In this document: positions 48,639-57,079 of the stretch, in pieces
How positions within the stretch are numbered: the stretch's first letter is position 1
How the letters are laid out: every line of letters starts with the position of its first letter
Source: Thermoproteota archaeon
Lineage (GTDB): Archaea; Thermoproteota; Thermoprotei; Gearchaeales; Gearchaeaceae
DNA: 64,000 nt
Direction: 5' to 3'
Assembly: GCA_032249235.1 (NCBI GenBank)
Contig: JAVVGF010000001.1
Span: 80,064 to 144,063, forward strand
Position numbers and translations under genes: made by a program
Notes under the pieces: model-generated
Told to the model about the DNA's origin: nothing
Database searches by the model: none
The model's input: only the letters and a program-made list of their open reading frames with translations

Positions 48639-48885
48639 AGGATTAGTTCAAGGAGTTTTCTTCAGGGCACATACTAAAAGTGTAGCTGACAAATATGGAG
48701 TAAAAGGATTTGTTAGAAATTTACCAGATGGTAGAGTTGAAGCTTTATTGGAAGGTGAGGAAGAAAGCGTTAATAAAGTAATAGAATTTTGTAAACGAGG
48801 CCCTCCAGGAGCAATTGTTACAAATGTAGAAATAATATGGGAAGAATATAAAGGAGAATATAATGATTTTAAAATTTTAAGATGA
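48603..48885 (+). CDS. acyP: acylphosphatase
   Basis: '[10 protein letters not shown]' and '[13 protein letters not shown]' are the acylphosphatase signatures 1 and 2. The start is placed at the ATG at 48603. Confidence 0.8.
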
Positions 48886-48926
48886 TTTAATAAAAGCTTA
48901 TATACGTTAATTTTTACTTCTCTACT

Positions 48927-49382
48927 ATGACAGATGAAGCTACTGGAATATTCATAGAAGAAGATTTCGATTATGCTCATTTCATACCTAATCATCCTAA
49001 ATGCTATCCCTTACATGGGCATACTGCGAAAGTTGAAATAAGATTATTTGGTAAAAAGGAAGCATTCGATATGATATTAGACTTCGGTGAATTGAAGAAC
49101 ATTTGTAAAAAGGTCATTTCAAACTTCGATCACAAATTAATTGCATCGAAAAAGTATGTTAAGGCAATACAAAATGGTTTGGTTGAAATAGAATACAGCA
49201 AGTTTAAGTTGATCATTCCTTTAGAAAATATTTATATACTAGAAAATGAAGTAACAAGCGAAAATTTATCTGAGGAACTAAGCAAAGCGTTGCTTGAAAA
49301 TCTTCCTTCTAATGTAGAGATCATTGAGGTTAGAATATATGAAGGAAATAGAAAAGGAGCTTTTACAATTAGGAGAAGATAA
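48927..49382 (+). CDS. queD: 6-carboxytetrahydropterin synthase QueD / PTPS family
   Basis: 'CYPLHGHTAKVEI' carries the Zn-binding HGH motif, and the 151-aa length fits. Confidence 0.75.
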   Translation: MTDEATGIFIEEDFDYAHFIPNHPKCYPLHGHTAKVEIRLFGKKEAFDMILDFGELKNICKKVISNFDHKLIASKKYVKAIQNGLVEIEYSKFKLIIPLENIYILENEVTSENLSEELSKALLENLPSNVEIIEVRIYEGNRKGAFTIRRR

Positions 49383-50031
49383 ATCTTGTGTTTTGCTTTT
49401 TTCTGGAGGAATAGATTCAACTATATTGTTATTTTTATTGAAAAAATTAAATTATAAAATAAATGTTTTAACAATAAATTATAATGGAAGAAATCCTAAA
49501 GAATTGGAAGCATGTGAAAAAATTATTGATTTAGCTAAACCTGACAATTATATTATTATAGATTTAAATTTTTTAAAAGAAAGCATAACCTTATGGGAAG
49601 AATTGAAGAACAGTACTATGAAAGAAATAATTTCAAATTTACCTAGTTATTACATACCTGCTCGCAATATTATTTTCTTTTCAATAGCAGCTTATTATGC
49701 AGAATCTTTTGGTGTAAGTTTCATATTTACAGGTCATGTTAAAGACGATTCAGGTATATTGCCTGATGTGAATGAAAGGTTCGTTGATCTTTTCAATGAG
49801 ATTTTGAAGAATGGAACTTATTTAGGTAGAAATAAAAGGCTCGAAATAAAAATGCCTTTTTTGAATCTAAATAAGCTAGATCTTGCGGAGCTAGCATTAA
49901 AATATGAAGTTCCTTTGCAATATACTTGGAGTTGTCATGAATTAGCTGAATTGCAATGCGGAAATTGTAGAGGATGCATACAACGCAAGCATTTCCTTGA
50001 AATGTATGATGAAATTAAACGTAAGAGATAA
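49324..50031 (+). CDS. queC: 7-cyano-7-deazaguanine synthase QueC
   Basis: 'LLFSGGIDST' is the PP-loop and 'CHELAELQCGNCRGC' the C-terminal zinc site. The start is probably the ATG at 49339. Confidence 0.85.
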   Translation: MRLEYMKEIEKELLQLGEDKSCVLLFSGGIDSTILLFLLKKLNYKINVLTINYNGRNPKELEACEKIIDLAKPDNYIIIDLNFLKESITLWEELKNSTMKEIISNLPSYYIPARNIIFFSIAAYYAESFGVSFIFTGHVKDDSGILPDVNERFVDLFNEILKNGTYLGRNKRLEIKMPFLNLNKLDLAELALKYEVPLQYTWSCHELAELQCGNCRGCIQRKHFLEMYDEIKRKR

Positions 50032-50060
50032 ATGCAAGTTCTTCACTCATTAAATAGGCT

Positions 50061-50777
50061 ATGAACTTAGATCTATCCAAAGTAAAAGATATACATGAGG
50101 AAGTCCGCGACAGCATAGTACTTGCAGGCATATCTAATCTAAAAGTCTTACTGAAGTTGAGAGATATGAAATTACCAGTAACCCTTACAATACTTATCCC
50201 AACTTCTAAAAGAGGTGTTCACATGAGCAGATTAATAAAAGCAGTAAAGGATGTAGCGATGGATGATGATTATATTGAAAATATACTTTTGAAAATGTGT
50301 GATAAAATTAATAATCTCCATAATTCAGAATGTAAAATCATAGCTAAATTTGATTATCCTATTAAAGATTCCGATCAGTTCATGAAAGTCAAGATTGAGA
50401 TTCAAAGAAATGCACCTATAAAATATTTGTTCAAAAGGCTTGGAATAACTGCATGTCCATGTAGCAAAGAATTAACAGGAATTGGTCATATGCAAAGAGC
50501 ATGGTTAATAATAGAAATAGAAAGCGAATCTATTTTAGATTTCGACGAAGTAGCTAGCAAAATGGCAGAATGCTTCTCGGTAACTCCTGCTGAATATTTG
50601 AAAAGACCTGACGAAGCAAAGCTCATATTAGAATCTCAAGAAAATGCAAGATTTGTCGAAGATGTTGTTAGAGAAGCATTGAAAAGGTTTAAGAATGCTA
50701 ATAAAATAATAGCTAAAGCTTTAGAATCAATACATTCACATGATGCTTATGCTCTTTGGTACAAAGGATTGACTTAA
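50061..50777 (+). CDS. folE2: GTP cyclohydrolase FolE2/MptA family (GCYH-IB)
   Basis: 'KRGVHMSRL' matches the 'G(T/V)HMSR' FolE2 signature, and the gene follows queD and queC. Confidence 0.6.
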   Translation: MNLDLSKVKDIHEEVRDSIVLAGISNLKVLLKLRDMKLPVTLTILIPTSKRGVHMSRLIKAVKDVAMDDDYIENILLKMCDKINNLHNSECKIIAKFDYPIKDSDQFMKVKIEIQRNAPIKYLFKRLGITACPCSKELTGIGHMQRAWLIIEIESESILDFDEVASKMAECFSVTPAEYLKRPDEAKLILESQENARFVEDVVREALKRFKNANKIIAKALESIHSHDAYALWYKGLT

Positions 50778-50780
50778 AAT

Positions 50781-50790
50781 TTTTTATAAA
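50781..50790 (+). promoter_or_regulatory. TATA-box-like element upstream of tRNA-Phe
   Basis: 'tttttataaa' is centred about 25 nt upstream of the tRNA 5' end, the expected archaeal TATA spacing. Confidence 0.35.
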
Positions 50791-50810
50791 AACAAGATAA
50801 ATATAAAATA

Positions 50811-50895
50811 GCTCCGGTAGCTCAGCTGGGAGAGCGCCCGGCTGAAGAAGCTTTCGGAAACCGGGAGGTCGCTGGTTCAAATCCGGCCCGGAGCA
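50811..50895 (+). tRNA. tRNA-Phe (anticodon GAA) with ~12-nt intron at 37/38
   Basis: The fold is GCUCCGG / UA / GCUC-AGCUGGGA-GAGC / G / CCCGG-CUGAAG[AAGCUUUCGGAA]A-CCGGG / AGGUC / GCUGG-UUCAAAU-CCGGC / CCGGAGC-A. Confidence 0.8.
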
Positions 50896-50941
50896 TATTT
50901 TTATTAAAACCTATATATTTCTTGATAATATGATAATATAG

Positions 50942-51074
50942 CCCCCGGTAGCGTAGCCTGGTAACGCATCCGGCTGTAGGGGTTCCCCGTATAGGCAAGG
51001 AGGTCTATGACCGCCGATGAGCCTATATCAAGGCAGAAACCGGAAGATCGCTGGTTCAAATCCGGCCCGGGGGA
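50942..51074 (+). tRNA. tRNA-Tyr (anticodon GUA) with ~60-nt intron at 37/38; C1-G72 pair
   Basis: The acceptor CCCCCGG pairs with CCGGGGG and the D-arm is GCGU-AGCCUGGUA-ACGC. The anticodon arm is UCCGG-CUGUAG[~60 nt]G-CCGGA and the T-arm is GCUGG-UUCAAAU-CCGGC. C1:G72 is the archaeal and eukaryotic tRNA-Tyr identity pair. Confidence 0.75.
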
Positions 51075-51113
51075 TTCAAAAATTTAAGTTCCTTTTAGAT
51101 AATTTTTCATTAG

Positions 51114-51188
51114 GCGACCGTAGTCTAGCCAGGACTAGGACATCGGCTTTCCGAGCCGAGGACCCGGGTTCAAATCCCGGCGGTCGCA
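51114..51188 (+). tRNA. tRNA-Gly (anticodon UCC)
   Basis: The fold is GCGACCG / D-arm / UCGGC-UUUCCGA-GCCGA / T-arm CCGGG-UUCAAAU-CCCGG / CGGUCGC + A. Confidence 0.85.
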
Positions 51189-51209
51189 TAGAAAAGTTTA
51201 TAACTATTC

Positions 51210-51590
51210 ATGAAAAGATTCAATATAGTGAAGGACGACATTGGCTCTTTATATAAAAAAATAAAAGAAAAAATAGGAACACTTGTAGAAGTGAGAACGA
51301 TTGATGACAGGATAATAATAGGTAAATTGGCTTCATTTAATCCTGAAGATGGAAGTATTTTACTTGAAAAAGCAATTGAGAAGAATAGAAGAATTCCAAG
51401 TATTTATATCAGCGGTGTAGCAGTTGCTCAAATTAACTTTTTCGAAAAAGAAAATAAAGAAGAAGAAATAGATGATAAAGTTGCTGCTTTATTAAAGGTT
51501 GATCCTAGTTTGACATATGAAGAGATAGCTAAGATTTTAGATATACCTATTCAAGTTGCCCAAAGGATAGTTAAAAGATTGATGAAATGA
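51210..51590 (+). CDS. Sm-like archaeal protein with C-terminal extension (SmAP3-like), C-terminus HTH-like
   Basis: 'IGTLVEVRTIDDRIIIGKLASFNPEDGSILLEKA' is the Sm1 motif and 'RIPSIYISGVAVAQI' the Sm2 motif. A further ~55 aa ends in 'LTYEEIAKILDIPIQVAQRIVKRL'. Confidence 0.5.
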   Translation: MKRFNIVKDDIGSLYKKIKEKIGTLVEVRTIDDRIIIGKLASFNPEDGSILLEKAIEKNRRIPSIYISGVAVAQINFFEKENKEEEIDDKVAALLKVDPSLTYEEIAKILDIPIQVAQRIVKRLMK

Positions 51591-51637
51591 TGAAAAAGCC
51601 CCTATGACCTAGGAATGATTAGGATCTTGAGTGCTGA

Positions 51638-51796
51638 TCAATCATCTGGAAAATAATATACCAATTCTATTCTGAAGTTGTTTCCTTCTTTTTTCATTAC
51701 ATAATTTGTATAGCATGCATTACAAAATACAATGAATTTCTCTGAATTAATTTCAAATTCAAGATCTTTGCCACATCTGCATTTCATTTTAGCCAT
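51638..51796 (-). CDS. small zinc-ribbon protein (52 aa), not in ORF track
   Basis: Manual reverse-strand translation gives MAKMKCRCGKDLEFEINSEKFIVFCNACYTNYVMKKEGNNFRIELVYYFPDD, with CxC...CxxC. It lies in an otherwise empty 233-nt gap. Confidence 0.3.
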   Translation of the reverse strand: MAKMKCRCGKDLEFEINSEKFIVFCNACYTNYVMKKEGNNFRIELVYYFPDD

Positions 51797-51822
51797 TTAA
51801 ATTCAATAATGATAATTTATCA

Positions 51823-52851
51823 ATGAAAGTAATAAGGCTTTACAGCCATGGAAGTGTAGAAAATCTAAAGTTAGAAGAAGAAGAGATACCTAAAATCAAA
51901 CCAAATCATGTCTTAATAAAGATAATTGCTTGTTCTTTGAATAGGTTAGACATTTGGACAAGGATTGGTTATCCTGGAGTTAAAGTACCTTTCCCTATAA
52001 TATTAGGAAGCGATATAGCTGGCGTTATAGAAGATGTAGGTGAAGGGGTTGAAAGATTTAAAAAGGATGACAAAGTAGTTTTGTATCCTGCAATTACATG
52101 CAATAACTGTGAATATTGCATTGCAGGTGAACATTCTTTGTGCGATAATTTAAAAATCTTAGGACATCTAACAGATGGAGGATATCGTGAATATATGCTT
52201 GCACCTATAGATATTGTTTATAAATTCAATCCAGATAGAAGCTTTGAAGAGGCAGCTTCTTTACCTGTTACAGGTACAACTGCATGGAGAATTGTTTTTA
52301 ACAAAGCCAATCCAAAGCCAGGCAACATAGCTTTCGTTTGGGGTGCAAGTAGCGGTACAGGGATCATGCTCATTGAATTGTTAAAGTTAATAGGTTGTAA
52401 AGTAATATCGACTGCAGGAAATGAAGAAAAGATTGAGAAAGCATATAAACTTGGCTGCGATCTTGTGATAAATTATAAGACTGAAGATGTACTGAGCAAG
52501 GTTAGTGAATTCACGAATTATAAAGGTGTTGATTTGGTCGTTGATAGCGTTGGATCATCTACTTTTGAAACTAGCTTGAAAATATGCAAAAAAGGCGGAA
52601 AAGTTATATTTTTTGGAGCTACGAGTGGAGATCAGGTTAGTTTCAGTATCAGACCTCCTTATAGAAAACAAATTTCGATTATAGGTTCTTATCTAGGAAG
52701 CAAGAGTGATTTTAATGAGATCCTTAAGCTTTTCAATGAGAATAAAATCAAACCGATCATAGATTCTGTTTTTAAATTAGAGGAAGCTCCGCTAGCTCAT
52801 TCAAGAATGGAAAAAGGCTTGCACTTCGGTAAGATATTGCTAAAGCCTTGA
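51823..52851 (+). CDS. zinc-type alcohol dehydrogenase / MDR-family oxidoreductase
   Basis: 'GSDIAGVIEDVGEGV' and the structural-Zn loop 'CNNCEYCIAGEHSLC' are present, with Rossmann glycines in 'VWGASSGTG'. Confidence 0.8.
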   Translation: MKVIRLYSHGSVENLKLEEEEIPKIKPNHVLIKIIACSLNRLDIWTRIGYPGVKVPFPIILGSDIAGVIEDVGEGVERFKKDDKVVLYPAITCNNCEYCIAGEHSLCDNLKILGHLTDGGYREYMLAPIDIVYKFNPDRSFEEAASLPVTGTTAWRIVFNKANPKPGNIAFVWGASSGTGIMLIELLKLIGCKVISTAGNEEKIEKAYKLGCDLVINYKTEDVLSKVSEFTNYKGVDLVVDSVGSSTFETSLKICKKGGKVIFFGATSGDQVSFSIRPPYRKQISIIGSYLGSKSDFNEILKLFNENKIKPIIDSVFKLEEAPLAHSRMEKGLHFGKILLKP

Positions 52852-53333
52852 AAATACTAGTTACATGCAAGCCTTACAAAGAAAAGAAAGCAGTTGAAGA
52901 AATATTGAGCTTACTATTTCAGTTCGATCCTTCTTCAAAGCTAGATGATATTCAAATAAAGCCTGGTTTGTTTTCTGTTGAAACACAAGCGAAAAAAGAA
53001 GATATAGTAAAAGTTTTGCTAAAATACAGAAGATCTTATATTTATAAAGTTCTTCCAATTGATTTAATAACGAATAACTTAGATGAAATTTCAAAAATAT
53101 TTGATTTAATTGAAGAAAATAAGAGCTTAGCCATTAGATGTAGAAGCAGGTTTGGGATTAGTGCAGGCGAGATAGAAAGAAAGCTAGGTGAAATTGCTAA
53201 AAATAAAGGACTTAAAATAAACTTGGAAAATCCAGATTATGTAATCATCATAGAACCAGTTAAAAGTAATTTTTATATTTCATTTTTAACCTTTTTTCAA
53301 TACAAAATTTTGACAGGTAAGAAATCGTTATAA
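52848..53333 (+). CDS. stand-alone THUMP-domain-like protein
   Basis: The 161-aa ORF starts 'KILVTCKPYKEKKAVEEI' and is called by size and layout only, which is weak. Confidence 0.4.
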   Translation: MKILVTCKPYKEKKAVEEILSLLFQFDPSSKLDDIQIKPGLFSVETQAKKEDIVKVLLKYRRSYIYKVLPIDLITNNLDEISKIFDLIEENKSLAIRCRSRFGISAGEIERKLGEIAKNKGLKINLENPDYVIIIEPVKSNFYISFLTFFQYKILTGKKSL

Positions 53334-53368
53334 ATCATTTAGAATAAATATTTCATAGATAATCGAAA

Positions 53369-54553
53369 ATGAATTTCGAAGAATATTTCAGAGGCTCAAC
53401 TTTATTCATAGATGAAAGTAAGTTATTCCCTGAATATGTTCCTCCTTATTTACCTTTTAGAGAAGAACAAATAAAAAAATTAGCAATATTTTTTAGAGGG
53501 ATTCTAGAATTAGATAATTTTTCTTTTTATAGAGCGATTTGTCATGGACCAGCTGGTACCGGTAAAACTGCTGTGGCTAAGTTTTTCGGAAAGTTAATCA
53601 GCGATGAAGCTAAAAAAAGAGGTCTTCAGCTTTATTTTATTCATATTAATTGCCATTTAGAAAGAACCTACTTCATGGTCGTTAGCAAAATAGCAGAACA
53701 TTTGATTCCCGGAATACCTAAAAGAGGTTTTTCTCCTAAGCAATATTTAACTTGGATTTTGGATTATTTAGAAGAAGAAAACGCAAAGCTTTTATTGTGT
53801 CTAGATGAGGCTGATTACATAATTAGGAATGATCCTGAGCTTCTCTATGATTTGACTCGAATACCTGAATTAGGCATTAATAAAATTAGGATGAATTTGC
53901 TTTTGATATTAAGAAATATTTCAAACTTATATTCACTAGATGAAAGTATTCTAAGTACTTTACAGAGAAACATCAATCCATTCAATCCGTATAGTTATTT
54001 TGAAATCAAAGAAATAATTAAAGAAAGAGCTCAAGAAGCTTTCGTTGCTAATGCAGTAGATAATAGTGTAATAGAAACGATTGCGATGAAATCTGGAATA
54101 GATAAAGGTGGTAGAGGCGATGCAAGATTTGCTTTAGAATTATTGTGGAGAGCTGGTAAAATAGCCGAAATTGAAAATTCTAATAAAGTAAAGATTGAAC
54201 ATTTAAGAAAGGCAATGAGCGAAATATATCCTGGTCTATCCATAGAAGTGTTTGAAACCTTGCTTGATGAAGAAAAGTTGATTTTGTTATCGATTTGTAG
54301 GGCTTTAAGAGAAGAAAATAATTCTCATGTTAGCATAAAAAGAGTAAGAGAACATTATGAATTAATATGTGAAAAACTAAAGCGAACTCCTAGGAAATAT
54401 ACACAGTTCTGGAGTTATATACAAAGCTTGAAGAACAAGAATTTGATAAACGTATCAGTAGTAAATGAAAAAAGAGGTAGGAGAAGTTATATTTCAATAG
54501 ATGTTCCTTTAGATACACTAGAAAATAAACTACTAGAATATGTCAAAACATAG
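53369..54553 (+). CDS. orc1: Orc1/Cdc6 replication initiator
   Basis: 'YVPPYLPFREEQIKKL' is the Orc1 N-terminal motif, 'CHGPAGTGKTAVAK' is Walker A and 'LLCLDEADY' is Walker B. A C-terminal winged helix completes the 394-aa protein. Confidence 0.9.
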   Translation: MNFEEYFRGSTLFIDESKLFPEYVPPYLPFREEQIKKLAIFFRGILELDNFSFYRAICHGPAGTGKTAVAKFFGKLISDEAKKRGLQLYFIHINCHLERTYFMVVSKIAEHLIPGIPKRGFSPKQYLTWILDYLEEENAKLLLCLDEADYIIRNDPELLYDLTRIPELGINKIRMNLLLILRNISNLYSLDESILSTLQRNINPFNPYSYFEIKEIIKERAQEAFVANAVDNSVIETIAMKSGIDKGGRGDARFALELLWRAGKIAEIENSNKVKIEHLRKAMSEIYPGLSIEVFETLLDEEKLILLSICRALREENNSHVSIKRVREHYELICEKLKRTPRKYTQFWSYIQSLKNKNLINVSVVNEKRGRRSYISIDVPLDTLENKLLEYVKT

Positions 54554-54815
54554 CATTTCTGAAGAACTATTAGGAAGTAAATGGAAAATAAGATTGATAA
54601 AAGAACTCATAAATGAAGGAGAAATCAATATAAGTGCTTTAGTAAAACGTTCACGTTCTTTTTTTAAAAATGCCACAGCATATTTAGATTTCTTGAAAGA
54701 ACTAGGTATTGTTAAAGAGAAAAGATTCGGGAAAGTTAGGATAGTAATAGTAAATCAAAATTCAGAAACTTATGTTTTGCTAAAAAGATTACTTGACATA
54801 TTAGATAAAAGCTAG
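54540..54815 (+). CDS. small winged-helix DNA-binding protein
   Basis: The 91-aa ORF has an HTH-like 'INISALVKRSRSFFKNATAYLDFLKELGIV', and its start overlaps the orc1 stop. Confidence 0.4.
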   Translation: MSKHSISEELLGSKWKIRLIKELINEGEINISALVKRSRSFFKNATAYLDFLKELGIVKEKRFGKVRIVIVNQNSETYVLLKRLLDILDKS

Positions 54816-54854
54816 AAAGTTTATTTCAATTTAAAAAGAATTAATTAAGGAGGA

Positions 54855-55823
54855 ATGAGTGAAGAATTACTTTGGATAGAAAAATATCGTCCTAAAAGAT
54901 TAGATGACATAGTAAACCAGGAAGACGTAGTAAGAAGTTTGAAAAAATTGATAGAAGAAAAAAACATGCCCCATTTATTGTTTACAGGTCCGCCTGGCGT
55001 AGGTAAGACTGCTACAGCTTTAGCATTTGTTCGAGATTTATATGGTGAGGAATGGAGAAATAATGTACTTGAGCTCAATGCAAGCGACGAAAGAGGAATA
55101 GATACCATAAGAGAGAAGATTAGGGAAAGATTTGCAAAAACGTTGCCTTTGGGCGATATTCCTTTCAAAATAGTTATTTTAGATGAAAGCGATGCCATGA
55201 CCAGCGAGGCTCAAACAGCATTGAGAAGGATAATGGAAATATATGCAAAGAATATTCGTTTCATTTTAACATGCAATTATGGCAATAGAATTATAGAACC
55301 TATTCAATCTAGAACTGTTGTATTGAGATTTTCTCCTCTTGAAAAAGAACATGTAATAAAAAGGCTTCTATTTATTGCTCAAAATGAGAAAGTAAAAGTA
55401 AGTAACGAAGCATTAGAAGTGATTTATGATTTAAGCGGAGGAGATTTAAGAAGAGCAATCAATTTACTTCAGAGCTCTTCGCTTTTTGGCGAGGTAACAC
55501 CTGAAATAGTATATAAAGTAGCAGGTGCAGTTAAACCTAGAGAAGTAAGAGCAATATTCGATAATCTTCTGAAAGGAGATTTCGAAAGTGCTAGGAATGC
55601 TATTCTTAAAATGTTATTCAACGACGGAATCTCAGGCTCCGAGATAATATATCATTTATATCGTGAAACATATAGATTAAACGTACCTGATGAATGCAAA
55701 CTACAATTGATCGAAATTCTTGGAGATTATGAATATCGAATTCTCGAAGGTTCCAGCGAAGAAATACAATTAAATTCAATGCTTGCACGAATGCAATTAA
55801 TATTGAGAAATTATACTAGATGA
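54855..55823 (+). CDS. rfcS: replication factor C small subunit
   Basis: 'WIEKYRPKRLDDIV', 'FTGPPGVGKTATA', 'ILDESDAMT' and the 'SRC'-equivalent 'QSRTVVLRF' are present. The gene has no intein. Confidence 0.9.
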   Translation: MSEELLWIEKYRPKRLDDIVNQEDVVRSLKKLIEEKNMPHLLFTGPPGVGKTATALAFVRDLYGEEWRNNVLELNASDERGIDTIREKIRERFAKTLPLGDIPFKIVILDESDAMTSEAQTALRRIMEIYAKNIRFILTCNYGNRIIEPIQSRTVVLRFSPLEKEHVIKRLLFIAQNEKVKVSNEALEVIYDLSGGDLRRAINLLQSSSLFGEVTPEIVYKVAGAVKPREVRAIFDNLLKGDFESARNAILKMLFNDGISGSEIIYHLYRETYRLNVPDECKLQLIEILGDYEYRILEGSSEEIQLNSMLARMQLILRNYTR

Positions 55824-57079
55824 GCATTAGGAGGGAAGAAATCTGGACTATTAAGCATAAACCAAAAAGAATTGAGGATATCGTAGGTAATGAAGAAGCA
55901 AAAAAAGCATTTCTAGATTGGTTAAATATATGGCTCAAGGGTAAAGTTCCAGTAAAGAAAGCTATATTGTTGTACGGTCCTCCTGGTATAGGTAAGACAT
56001 TATTGGCAGAAACAGCAGCCTTGCAATTCAATTTAGAATTGATTGAAATAAATGCTGGCGACATTTATAGCGTAGAATTCGTCAAGAAAACTGCTTTGGC
56101 AACGAGCAAAGAGACAAGCTTTGTTAATAAAACTAAATTAATATTAGTCGATGAGCTAGATAGCATTGAAGGACCTAAAGCGAATTATGTTTTATCTGTG
56201 CTCGTTGATTTGATTAAAGAATCGAGATATCCTGTTGTTCTAATTGCAAACGACGGATGGAAGCCAAACTTATTCCAAATTAGAAATTTGTGCTTGATGA
56301 TTGAGATGAAAAGACTTTCTACAAGATTGATTGTGAATTATTTAGCAAACATATGCAAGAAAGAAAACTTGAAGTATGAAGAAGAAGCATTGAAAATCAT
56401 TGCAGAAAGATCTGAAGGAGACATGAGAAGTGCAATATTAGATTTGCAGTTTTGTTCTATTTTTGGAAGAATAGGTGTAAGAGAAGTCAATTTGTTATCT
56501 CCTAAAGATAGACAAAGCGATGTTTTTAATTCTATAAGGAAATTAATTTATGCAACTAATTTATTCTCTGCAAAAAGCGTATTAGATGAATTTCCTTATG
56601 ATCAAGATACGCTATTACTATGGATCGAGGAGAATTTGTTTAGATTTTATACAAATCCTAAAGATTTAGCTTTGGCTTATGATAAGTTGTCAAAGGCAGA
56701 TATATACAGAGCTAGGGCTAATAAAGAGCGATATTGGCGCTTCTTGCTATACTTTTCAGATTTGATTACAGCAGGAGTTGCATTATCGAAATCACAAAAG
56801 CCTACCTATGCAAAAATGCAATTTCCTCAGACGCTTAAAGTATTATCTAGCCAAAAAAGAATTAGGGAGCTAAGAGATGCGCTTTTAGAAAAAATTTCTA
56901 AGAAAAATCATCTTTCGAAATCTAAAGCCTTGAATGAGATCTTTTGGTATTTACCTGTAATGTTTAAAAATGAAAAGTTTGCAAACGATTTCATCAAAAA
57001 ATATGAGGTAAACGATGAACTAGCTGATTATTTGAAAAATCTATCTTCAAATATTGACTTGAAATTAAAAACTAAATAG
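55820..57079 (+). CDS. rfcL: replication factor C large subunit
   Basis: 'WTIKHKPKRIEDIV', 'LYGPPGIGKTLLA' and 'LVDELDSI' are present. The stop overlaps rfcS by 4 nt. Confidence 0.85.
   Translation: MSIRREEIWTIKHKPKRIEDIVGNEEAKKAFLDWLNIWLKGKVPVKKAILLYGPPGIGKTLLAETAALQFNLELIEINAGDIYSVEFVKKTALATSKETSFVNKTKLILVDELDSIEGPKANYVLSVLVDLIKESRYPVVLIANDGWKPNLFQIRNLCLMIEMKRLSTRLIVNYLANICKKENLKYEEEALKIIAERSEGDMRSAILDLQFCSIFGRIGVREVNLLSPKDRQSDVFNSIRKLIYATNLFSAKSVLDEFPYDQDTLLLWIEENLFRFYTNPKDLALAYDKLSKADIYRARANKERYWRFLLYFSDLITAGVALSKSQKPTYAKMQFPQTLKVLSSQKRIRELRDALLEKISKKNHLSKSKALNEIFWYLPVMFKNEKFANDFIKKYEVNDELADYLKNLSSNIDLKLKTK

Noticed and set aside
51017-51256. 79-aa plus-strand ORF from the six-frame track
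   Set aside because: It runs through the tRNA-Tyr intron and 3' exon and the whole tRNA-Gly gene. Its G/P/R-rich translation reflects the tRNA sequence composition, not a protein.
51590-51823. Candidate replication origin near orc1
   Set aside because: The gap is AT-rich, but I could not identify ORB or mini-ORB inverted repeats or a repeated element by eye. It is kept only as a low-confidence hypothesis under the replication-cluster finding.
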